DNA of 64,000 nt. Origin: a virus (taxonomy: Duplodnaviria; Caudoviricetes). Numbering within the stretch: position 1 is the stretch's first letter; each line of letters opens with the position of its first letter. Shown one piece after another: positions 10,069-17,893 of this stretch. A program made the translations under genes and the position numbers. The notes beneath the pieces were generated by a model. That model did no database searches. It saw only the letters and a list, made by a program, of their open reading frames with translations, and was not told the DNA's origin. Location of the stretch: the IMG/VR virus record IMGVR_UViG_3300013121_000033, positions 64,001 through 128,000 of that record; one strand, given 5' to 3'.

Positions 10069-12420
10069 CTAATCCACAACCCACCTAAGAAGCACAAGAC
10101 ACTTACAGCCGCCGTGGTCGTTAGGCATGTATGGGGCGATTTCGCTGTACTTCGTGAACTCGCGGCCGTGGAGGGCGACGTGGGGGGGGAACGGGACTTC
10201 GGGTTCGCCGAAGTAGCCGTGGTCCCATTGCATCGTGAACTTCCCGGGGAGAAGGGTCACGGTGTTGTGGCCGGTGAGGTGGCCGGTGTTGCCCTTCCAT
10301 TCGCCGCCGGTTGAGGGGCGGGGCTGGTTCGCTGCGTTCCGGACGAGGGCTCCGCCGACAGCGGTCTGTGCGCCACCGGCGACCATCATCGTGGAGCGGA
10401 CGATGTTCAACGGGGTTTTGATCCCCTTGAACGACCCCTTCGCGACGCGGGTGGTGAGCCAGTCGGCCATGGCGGCCGAGTGGTGCGCGGCGGCGTTCGC
10501 GGCGAGCAACGCTGCGACGGTACCGATGAGCGGCCCCCACTTGGCCCAGAACCCTTCGTGGGCGTCCGCGATGACCTGTTCGACCTGCGGCTGGTATTCG
10601 GCGACAACGTCAGCGATGACCCCGTCGACGCCGACCTGCTGGCGTTGCGCTGCGTCGGCTTCGGCCCACAGCATCTCGAACGACTTGGACCGTGCCGCTT
10701 CGCGTTCGACGCTGCCACGGGGGAAGGTGGTGACGAGACGGCGGGTCAGTTCAGCGGTGACCGCGGTCGTCATCGCCGCAGTGAGCGCGGTGAGAGCGGC
10801 TTCGGTGCGGAGGTCGTGCTTCGATGCGTCGTCGTAGACGGCGTTCGGGTCGTAGCCGAGGTCGTCGAGGGTGACCGCGGCGGTGACCGCTGGCATCGGT
10901 GGTTCCTGGATGTTCGTGTCGCCGTTCGGGGTGCCGGGGGTGCCGGTCGGCGACCCGAACCCGGGAGGGAGGCCAGAAGGTCCCGCCGGGAGCGCGGGCG
11001 GTTCCGACGCGGTCGCCTCGATCGCATCCGGGGCTGCGCCGCCGCCGGTGTCGGGGACGATGACCTGACCGTCCTCGTCGACCTCGACGTACGGCGCGCC
11101 CTTCGAACCGGTCGACAACTCCCAGAACTCGAACTCGGAGAGGCCGTCGGGGAGCGGCATGACGGGGATACCGAGTTCGCGGGCGACGTCCTCACGGGAG
11201 ATGACGCCCGCCTGCCACGCCGCCATGAGGTCGGCGAACATCGACGGCCGCTTGAGTAGGAACTGCATGTCCCACTGGACACGCACCTTGCGCGCGTCGT
11301 ACCCCCAGCCTTCCAAGTGCTCGTTCATGGCGCGAACCCGGTCCTGGAAGTACCAGCGGGTCAGTTCCTTCACGAGCGGGTTGAGCTTCGGTGCGAGGCC
11401 CTGCTTCACCTGGGATTCTTGGAGCAGGAACTCGTTCCAGTGGTTCGCTGCGCCCGGTCCTTGGGTGAGCAACTGCTCGGGGAAGTTCACGGCACGAGCG
11501 ATCGCGGCGGTCGCCTTGTCCTCGACTTCCAAGATCAACGGGTCGAGGTCACGTCCGATCTCGACGTACTGCGCGGGCTTCCCGATGTACGGGTACGGGA
11601 GTGTGGCCGCCGGGGAGTCGTCGTTGCGGTACGACTCCTTGCCGTGACGGAGGTAGTCGTCGACGATCTGGTCCATCGGTTCGAGGTCGTCCTCGCCGTC
11701 GGGGTCCGGCTTGAACGGGCGGGCACCCTTGCCGGTTTCGTCGCCGGGATCGAACGCCATCATGCCGTTGAGGACGAGGCGACCGTTGATCGTGCGGGTC
11801 TGCGAACGGACCGCGGCGCGGAGGCGGCGCAGGTCTGAGAGCGCCCGGCACACCGGCGAGTACGGCTTCCACTGTTCGTAGGGGTCGGGGAACCACGACA
11901 TGAACACGCGGCCGCGGAGCGGGGTGCGGCGCTGGCGGCCCCACAGGTCCGTCCAGGTGAACATCTCCTGGTCGGCGTTCCCGGAGAGGGTGACGTTGTA
12001 GCCGGTCTGCTGGTCGGCGATCAGCCAGCAGCGGCCGATGCTTTCCCGGGCGCGGACGTAGGTGAACATCAGGTCCGACTGGTCCTGCAACTGGCCGCGC
12101 CACCCGGCGATGATGACTTGGAGGACGGGGTCGTCGGAACGTTCCCAGCCGTCGGCTGAACCCTTCCCGGTGAACACCTCCGGGTACAGGGGACACAAGC
12201 TCGCCATGAAGGCGATGGTGTCGAGGTAGTAGCCGAGGACGCCGGGACCGTGCCGGTCGAAGTCCATGACTTGCCGTTGCCACTGGACGGGCTGGCCGCC
12301 AGATAGTTGCGAGCCGCGGGGTCGGGCCGCGACAGGGGCGAGGGCTGCTGTGACGCCCTCGATGGGGTCGCCGGAACGGCGGCGTTCGGGAGTCGTGGGC
12401 CTCCGGGGTTCCACGGCCAT
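10069..12420 (-). CDS. Portal protein fused to a C-terminal MuF-like domain
   Basis: Start ATG 12420 with GAGAGG SD (the track's extension to 13308 is antisense to the ATPase). WQRQV...GVLGYY, PE.L.......NHW portal motifs; Pro/Gly linker; C-terminal W.HG...PFPPH..LHG...PNDHGGCKC. Confidence 0.8.
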   Translation of the reverse strand: MAVEPRRPTTPERRRSGDPIEGVTAALAPVAARPRGSQLSGGQPVQWQRQVMDFDRHGPGVLGYYLDTIAFMASLCPLYPEVFTGKGSADGWERSDDPVLQVIIAGWRGQLQDQSDLMFTYVRARESIGRCWLIADQQTGYNVTLSGNADQEMFTWTDLWGRQRRTPLRGRVFMSWFPDPYEQWKPYSPVCRALSDLRRLRAAVRSQTRTINGRLVLNGMMAFDPGDETGKGARPFKPDPDGEDDLEPMDQIVDDYLRHGKESYRNDDSPAATLPYPYIGKPAQYVEIGRDLDPLILEVEDKATAAIARAVNFPEQLLTQGPGAANHWNEFLLQESQVKQGLAPKLNPLVKELTRWYFQDRVRAMNEHLEGWGYDARKVRVQWDMQFLLKRPSMFADLMAAWQAGVISREDVARELGIPVMPLPDGLSEFEFWELSTGSKGAPYVEVDEDGQVIVPDTGGGAAPDAIEATASEPPALPAGPSGLPPGFGSPTGTPGTPNGDTNIQEPPMPAVTAAVTLDDLGYDPNAVYDDASKHDLRTEAALTALTAAMTTAVTAELTRRLVTTFPRGSVEREAARSKSFEMLWAEADAAQRQQVGVDGVIADVVAEYQPQVEQVIADAHEGFWAKWGPLIGTVAALLAANAAAHHSAAMADWLTTRVAKGSFKGIKTPLNIVRSTMMVAGGAQTAVGGALVRNAANQPRPSTGGEWKGNTGHLTGHNTVTLLPGKFTMQWDHGYFGEPEVPFPPHVALHGREFTKYSEIAPYMPNDHGGCKCLVLLRWVVD

Positions 12421-12480
12421 CCTCTCTGCATCTATGTGGTTGGTGGCCGGGTCCGCTCCGGGCGCTTCTCGACCGGTGGC

Positions 12481-12502
12481 AGTCTGACTGGTGGACGTGT
12501 CA
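12481..12502 (-). promoter_or_regulatory. Putative late promoter TGACACGTCCACCA-NN-CAGACT
   Basis: Motif copy upstream of portal. Confidence 0.7.
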
Positions 12503-12528
12503 CCGGCGTGCACCCCACCCCCGCATCG

Positions 12529-12557
12529 TTGACGTGACCACAACGGGCGGGTAGGGT
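12529..12557 (+). promoter_or_regulatory. Sigma70/SigA-type promoter TTGACG-N17-TAGGGT
   Basis: Near-consensus -35/-10 with 17-nt spacer containing the shared ACCACAAC. Confidence 0.7.
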
Positions 12558-12588
12558 TGCGGGGATCGTCAACGGCAAGGGTGAAGGC

Positions 12589-13872
12589 ATGCGCATCTTC
12601 GGGTTCCAGGTGTACGGGTTCAAGGGCATCCGTGCGGTCGAGGTCGAGTTGGACCCCGACGGAAACCTGGTGGTCGTCACCGGCAAGAACGGGGCGGGGA
12701 AGTCGAGTGTCCTCGATGGCCTGTGGGCGGCGTTGTCCGGGAAGGCGGTGCCGCAGCGGCCGATCCACGACGGGGAGAGCGAGGCGTCGGTGTCGCTCGA
12801 CCTGGGCGACTACATCGTGCACCGGAGGTTCACCCAGTCCGGAGCGAAGTTGACGGTCGAGGCGCGCGACGGTGCCCGCTACCGGCGGGCGCAGGAACTC
12901 CTCGACGGGTTCGTCGGGGCGTTGTCGTTCGATCCGCTCGGGTTCACGAACCTCAAGGCCCGCGACCAGGTCGCCGCATTGCTTGACGTCGTCGACTTGC
13001 CGTTCGACCCTGCGGCGCTCGACGACGAGTACCGGGAGACGTTCGAGCAGCGGACCGTCACGAACCGGATGGTGAAGGAACTGTCCGCGCAGGTCGACGC
13101 AATCCCGCTCGCCCCTGACGGCACCCCTGACGAAGAGGTCGCGGTCGCTGACCTGGCCCGCGAGTACGCCGCCGCGCAGGAAGCGATCGCTGAGCGGTCC
13201 AGGCGGACCGAAGCGGTGCTCGCAGCACGAGACGCCGAGTCGAGCGCTGCCGACGAAGTCGCCAGGTTGGAAGCGGCGTTGGAAGCTGCCCGTGCTGGCC
13301 TCGTGCAACGGACCGTGGATCGGGAGGGGGCGGAGGCCCTGTTGGCTGTGATGCCGTCGTCGGACGAGTTGATGGCTGCCCGTGACGACGTCCAGGCGCG
13401 ACTAGCGGAGGTCGATGAGGTCAACGCTGCGGTGCGGGCGAAGCGGCAGCGGGCCGAGCAGGTCGACAGGTTGACGTTGCTGGAAGCGACAGCGGAGGAG
13501 CAGAACGAACGGTTGGCGGCGATCCAACGTCAGCGGGAGGAAGGGATCGCTCAGGCGGCGATGCCTGTCCCTGGGCTCGGGTTCACCGAGGAAGGCGTCA
13601 CCTACAACGGGGTGCCGTACTCGCAGTGTTCGACCGCCGAGCAGATCAAGGTCGCGGTCGGGATCGCGATGGCGGCGAACCCGCGGCTGCGGGTGTTGCG
13701 CATCGCGGAGGGCGGCTTGCTCGACGCCGACACCCTCGCGGTCATCGAGTCGATGGCCGGGGAGAACGACTACCAGGTGTTCGTCGAGGTCGTGAACCTC
13801 CCCGGCGGCGACCTGGGCTGCCAGACCATCGAGATCGTCGACGGGCACCTCGCCACCGACGGGGAAGGGTGA
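12589..13872 (+). CDS. AAA/SMC-Rad50-like ATPase with coiled coil
   Basis: Walker A GKNGAGKSS, long coiled coil, C-terminal S.AEQ...RVLRI signature. Confidence 0.85.
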   Translation: MRIFGFQVYGFKGIRAVEVELDPDGNLVVVTGKNGAGKSSVLDGLWAALSGKAVPQRPIHDGESEASVSLDLGDYIVHRRFTQSGAKLTVEARDGARYRRAQELLDGFVGALSFDPLGFTNLKARDQVAALLDVVDLPFDPAALDDEYRETFEQRTVTNRMVKELSAQVDAIPLAPDGTPDEEVAVADLAREYAAAQEAIAERSRRTEAVLAARDAESSAADEVARLEAALEAARAGLVQRTVDREGAEALLAVMPSSDELMAARDDVQARLAEVDEVNAAVRAKRQRAEQVDRLTLLEATAEEQNERLAAIQRQREEGIAQAAMPVPGLGFTEEGVTYNGVPYSQCSTAEQIKVAVGIAMAANPRLRVLRIAEGGLLDADTLAVIESMAGENDYQVFVEVVNLPGGDLGCQTIEIVDGHLATDGEG

Positions 13873-13874
13873 AC

Positions 13875-14312
13875 ATGAGCACCGATTTGGAATCGTTGGC
13901 GCGCAACGCCCGGCCGCGGCCGTGGACGTACGACGCGTCGTCGGGGATCGTGAAGGCGCAGGTCGGGACCGTCGCCGACTTCGGGCCGTCGAACCCTGAC
14001 GCCGAGTTCGTCCTCGCTCTCGTGAACGGCTACGAGGAAGGCGAGGGCGGCACCCCGGTCCCCGACACGGTCGCGGTTGATGTCGACCGTCCGTTGCTCA
14101 CCCCACTCGGTCGGATCAAGGACGGCGCCGAGTCCCGCCCGGAGACACCGGAGGACCGGATGAAGGTGTTCGCCGAGTTGTTGGCGTGGCTGCGGGCGAA
14201 CCTGACGGCGTCCGGGTCGCGGCCCGACTGGGGTGCGGCGTTCGCGAAGTGCCCCGACCACCTCGCCCAGGCGTTCAACGACACGCTCAACACGGGGAAC
14301 GGGCCGTTGTGA
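13875..14312 (+). CDS. Hypothetical protein
   Basis: ATG just after the ATPase stop; operon context. Confidence 0.6.
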   Translation: MSTDLESLARNARPRPWTYDASSGIVKAQVGTVADFGPSNPDAEFVLALVNGYEEGEGGTPVPDTVAVDVDRPLLTPLGRIKDGAESRPETPEDRMKVFAELLAWLRANLTASGSRPDWGAAFAKCPDHLAQAFNDTLNTGNGPL

Positions 14313-14977
14313 CCGTGGAGCCGGGCAGCGAGTGGACCAGTAAGGCGTCGGGGACGAAGTACACGGTCACCGAAGTGACAGGCGAGCAGGTGGCGTGGCG
14401 GTCCGAGGACGGGCGTCTCGGGGTCGACACCATCGAGGCGTGGAGAGCGGACATGGTGAAAGGGTCGATCCTCGACGTGCAGTTCCCGTCGCGGGCGCCG
14501 TGGACTCCCGGCGAGGTCGCGAAGCTCGCCGAGTGGCAGAACTGCGGGTGGGTGCACCCGTTCACCTGCGGCGCATGCCGCGACACGCTCGGGACTGACG
14601 GGAACGAACGGAAGCTCGTCCCGACGGTCCGAGGGTGGGAGTGTCCGACGTGCGACTACACACAGAACTGGTGCCACCAGTTCATGCTCGACGGCCCCCC
14701 ACCGTCACCGTTCGGGACGCGACCGTCGAACGACATCGCTGTCGACCCGGCGGTCCTAGTGCTCGCACTGCGCGGCGCGACTGCGCTGAAAGTCGACCCG
14801 GACCTCATCGTCCTGTGCGCCACGACTGCCGCAACTCACGCCGCGGCGTGCGCTGCTGCCGGAGTGATCTCGAAGCTCGTCGAGGTGTTGACCGTCATCG
14901 CGGTGAGCGTCGAGGACCCCGTCGCAGCGAATGCGGCTCGAACCGTGGCCGACCAACTCGGCCTGTCTCATGGCTGA
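14309..14977 (+). CDS. Hypothetical protein with HPFTC..C / CPTCDY zinc motif
   Basis: GTGA overlap; Cys motifs. Confidence 0.6.
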   Translation: MTVEPGSEWTSKASGTKYTVTEVTGEQVAWRSEDGRLGVDTIEAWRADMVKGSILDVQFPSRAPWTPGEVAKLAEWQNCGWVHPFTCGACRDTLGTDGNERKLVPTVRGWECPTCDYTQNWCHQFMLDGPPPSPFGTRPSNDIAVDPAVLVLALRGATALKVDPDLIVLCATTAATHAAACAAAGVISKLVEVLTVIAVSVEDPVAANAARTVADQLGLSHG

Positions 14978-15362
14978 CCTCGCCGAGCAGATGCTCGCTC
15001 ACGCTGTCGGCGACTACGTCGTGCAGTCGCACTGGATGGCGAACGGCAAGACGAGCGGCCACGTTCCAGCAGCGGCGCATGCCGCGACGTACACGCTGCC
15101 GTTCCTTCGGTTCACCCGGTCCCCTTGGCGGCTCGCGGTGATCGGCGGCACCCACTTCGTGATCGACCGGTGGCGGCTCGCCAGGTACGTCGTGTGGGCC
15201 AAGAACCAGGTGGCTCCGGCGGACCAGCGGTTCCCGCTCGACAGCACAACGACCGGCTACCCGGCCGAGACGCCACCGTGGCTCGCTGTGTGGCTGATGA
15301 TCGTCTGCGACAACGTCCTCCACGTCCTCGTCAACCGGGCGGCTTTGAAGGGAGTCAACTGA
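14970..15362 (+). CDS. DUF3307-like membrane protein
   Basis: AHAVGDYVVQS.WMA..K, THFVID, D...H motifs. Confidence 0.75.
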   Translation: MADLAEQMLAHAVGDYVVQSHWMANGKTSGHVPAAAHAATYTLPFLRFTRSPWRLAVIGGTHFVIDRWRLARYVVWAKNQVAPADQRFPLDSTTTGYPAETPPWLAVWLMIVCDNVLHVLVNRAALKGVN

Positions 15363-15706
15363 TGCATGTGACCAGATACGACCGGACGGCGGTCATGTCG
15401 TTGTCGTACGAGCCGGACCCGTCGATGGACGCCGTGTTCGCTTCGTCTCTCCCCAGCGTCGGGGCGTACGCGATGCCGCACAACGAGTGGGTGCTGGTCG
15501 GCCGACCCACCGAGATCACCGTCATGATCCTCCCCGGCGAGGGACGCATCGGTGAGGCAGTATTGCCGGGCAGCGAGGACGATGCCGGATGGCAACGCGA
15601 CCAGCGTGAGGTTGCCCTGTCGCTCGCTACTGCCGTGACAACCACGGGTGAGGATGCGTTGGTCGTGGCCGAGCAGTTCTACCAGTGGATCGAGCGGGGG
15701 GACTGA
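15362..15706 (+). CDS. Hypothetical protein
   Basis: TGATG coupling, GGAG SD. Confidence 0.55.
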   Translation: MHVTRYDRTAVMSLSYEPDPSMDAVFASSLPSVGAYAMPHNEWVLVGRPTEITVMILPGEGRIGEAVLPGSEDDAGWQRDQREVALSLATAVTTTGEDALVVAEQFYQWIERGD

Positions 15707-15707
15707 G

Positions 15708-16307
15708 ATGGCTTTCCGCCGCCGCCGCTCCCCGGCGCCACCTTCGTTGTTCGACAAGGCCCTCGACTTGGTCGATGGCATGGAATCGGTGCCGGTGGTG
15801 AACGTCGCTGACGCTCCGATCTCGGAGTTGCGCCGCCTGTTCGTCGACGGGACCCCATCGACAGCGGATATGGCAGCGTTGCTGGTCAGGTTGGAACGTG
15901 TGGAGGCATCGAGCCGGGCGTTGCAGGCGTCCCGTACCGGTGTCCGCAGCACCGACCCTGACACGGCCGCTGACGCCGCCGCCGCGGTCCGGAAGCGGGA
16001 AGGGACGAACCTGGCAGCGTTCCGGGCGGGGACCCACAAGCACCGGCTGCTCGCGACGTACGCCCGGCTCGCTGACCAGTACGGGGGGTCCGAGTTCGGG
16101 GTGTCAGACGATGTCGTCGCACGGGAAGCCGGGTTGCATCGGCCGGGGGTGTGCTGGTGGAAGCGGTCGAGCGAACTCCGCCAGGTCGGCTACATCGAGG
16201 CCACCGGCGCAGTCGCGGTCGACCCGGACTCGGGGAAGGAACGGGAGCGCTGCCGGATCACCGACGCCGGACGCGCGTACCTCGCGGCGTTGGGGCCGGT
16301 CGAGTGA
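15708..16307 (+). CDS. Hypothetical protein with C-terminal winged-helix-like region
   Basis: WKRSSELRQVGYIEATG...RITDAGR pattern. Confidence 0.55.
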   Translation: MAFRRRRSPAPPSLFDKALDLVDGMESVPVVNVADAPISELRRLFVDGTPSTADMAALLVRLERVEASSRALQASRTGVRSTDPDTAADAAAAVRKREGTNLAAFRAGTHKHRLLATYARLADQYGGSEFGVSDDVVAREAGLHRPGVCWWKRSSELRQVGYIEATGAVAVDPDSGKERERCRITDAGRAYLAALGPVE

Positions 16308-16516
16308 CGGCGCCGCTGCGCGTCGGCGACGTCCTGTACGGGTTCTGCGGCGGCTCGTTCGGGTCGGACTTCGCGAAGAGCTACGACGACAAGCGGGTCG
16401 AGGCGATCGGCGCCGACTGGGTCGTGGCTCGCGACACCGACGGGGAACCGCTGTTCTACAAGGGCGACCCCGACGACCTGACCCGCCACCGAACCCCGGA
16501 GGACACTGATGGATGA
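16304..16516 (+). CDS. Small hypothetical phage protein
   Basis: GTGA overlap; VGDVLYGFCGG.FG...KRVEAIGADWVVAR. Confidence 0.6.
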   Translation: MTAPLRVGDVLYGFCGGSFGSDFAKSYDDKRVEAIGADWVVARDTDGEPLFYKGDPDDLTRHRTPEDTDG

Positions 16517-16874
16517 CGAGCCGTGCGGCCGGTGGGTTGTGACCCGCTTCCTGGAAGGCGCTCAGGCGGAGACACGGTGGTGTGACCGCCGGGATGGGCC
16601 GTGCCCGTTCCCGAACACGCCGCCGGTCGACCCGGACGGCCCTCTGTGTGGGGCGTCACCGACGAAACGGCTGCGGGTCACATACAGCGACGACACCGTT
16701 CAACGGTCCCTGGATCGGTTCCAACGGCTCGTGTCGGAACGGTTGATGCTCACCGGCGACGACCACGCTTACGAGGAAACCCTCCGGGGTTTGGCTGCGG
16801 TCGGGTTGATCGCCGACGACATCTTCATCGCACGCTCGGCGCTGGAAGCGTGCGGCGCTGATGGCGGCGAATGA
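16509..16874 (+). CDS. Hypothetical protein
   Basis: GGAGG SD, operon context. Confidence 0.5.
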   Translation: MDDEPCGRWVVTRFLEGAQAETRWCDRRDGPCPFPNTPPVDPDGPLCGASPTKRLRVTYSDDTVQRSLDRFQRLVSERLMLTGDDHAYEETLRGLAAVGLIADDIFIARSALEACGADGGE

Positions 16875-17326
16875 GTCACGTCCTGGTTGTCGGCCCGTGG
16901 GACAACGAGACGCGCCGCCCGGTCTGGATGATGGAGCATCCTGATACCTGCCAGGTTGGCGAGTGTCGGGTGTCGGTGTTGTTGGCCCGGTTCGAGTTGG
17001 ACGCGTTTCATGGTGGCGAACCGGTCCGGGAGTGGGGAGCGCTGGCGTCTGATTGGCCTGCTGGGGTGTCGTCGGTGCCGGGTCGTTACCGGGTTCGGGC
17101 GTCTGGTGACTTCATCGAGGTCGACACCAGGTCTGCGTCGGCGGACTGGGCTGAGGTTGACGGGATGTGGCATCGCGTCGACTGGGATTCCCGTAGCGGC
17201 GAGGCCGTGTTGGTGTGCTCGGGCCTGATCGTTCCGAAGGCCCCGGCTGATGTGTTCGACTACCGGTGGTCGCCGCCCGGTGCCGTCTGTCCGACGTCGG
17301 GGTGTCAACGCCCCGTGGAACCGTAG
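16871..17326 (+). CDS. Hypothetical protein
   Basis: ATGA overlap. Confidence 0.55.
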   Translation: MSHVLVVGPWDNETRRPVWMMEHPDTCQVGECRVSVLLARFELDAFHGGEPVREWGALASDWPAGVSSVPGRYRVRASGDFIEVDTRSASADWAEVDGMWHRVDWDSRSGEAVLVCSGLIVPKAPADVFDYRWSPPGAVCPTSGCQRPVEP

Positions 17327-17335
17327 GAGGGGATT

Positions 17336-17893
17336 GTGGGTTGGAGTATCGGGTTCGATCAGCGGTGGCGCCGCGACGTCGGGTACGGGGTCCCGGCGAC
17401 GTGTGACTATCCGGGGTGCGAACGGTCGATCGACCGTGGCCTCGCGTTCGTGTGTGGCGGCCGCCCGTACGGCGGCGCGTTCGGGTGCGGCTTGTTCTTC
17501 TGCTCGGACCATCAGTTCGGCGTCGAGTTCCCCCTCGGTGACCTCACCCCGAGCGAGGTCGAACCCGACGGCCTGGTAAGCGTCGACGACGACGGCAACC
17601 CGGTCATCTATGTCGGGCAGGTGTGTGAACGGTGCGCCGACTTCCTTCAAGCTGGCGGCGACCTCGAACCGTTCACCCCGTCACTGGACACCGTCGAGTG
17701 GATGGCGTTCAAGCTGCTCCACCCGTCGTGGCAAGAGTGGCGCGACGGGCACGCCGACGAGGTGTCAGCGATGCGCCAGTCGATCATCGACCGGCTGCCG
17801 TTGATGCCTCCCGACGCGATCTCCCGGATCGTCGCCGAGTTCGAGTTCGACGACATCAACGCCGACGACACCCGGCGTCTCTTGCGCCTCTAG
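17336..17893 (+). CDS. Cys-rich hypothetical phage protein
   Basis: AGGAGG SD; MGWSIG...RDVGYGVPATCD.PGC...IDRGL..VCG...GCGLFFC..H. Confidence 0.7.
   Translation: MGWSIGFDQRWRRDVGYGVPATCDYPGCERSIDRGLAFVCGGRPYGGAFGCGLFFCSDHQFGVEFPLGDLTPSEVEPDGLVSVDDDGNPVIYVGQVCERCADFLQAGGDLEPFTPSLDTVEWMAFKLLHPSWQEWRDGHADEVSAMRQSIIDRLPLMPPDAISRIVAEFEFDDINADDTRRLLRL

Noticed and set aside
12421-13308. N-terminal 296-aa extension of the portal ORF in the track
   Set aside because: Antisense to the ATPase; SD and promoter support ATG 12420
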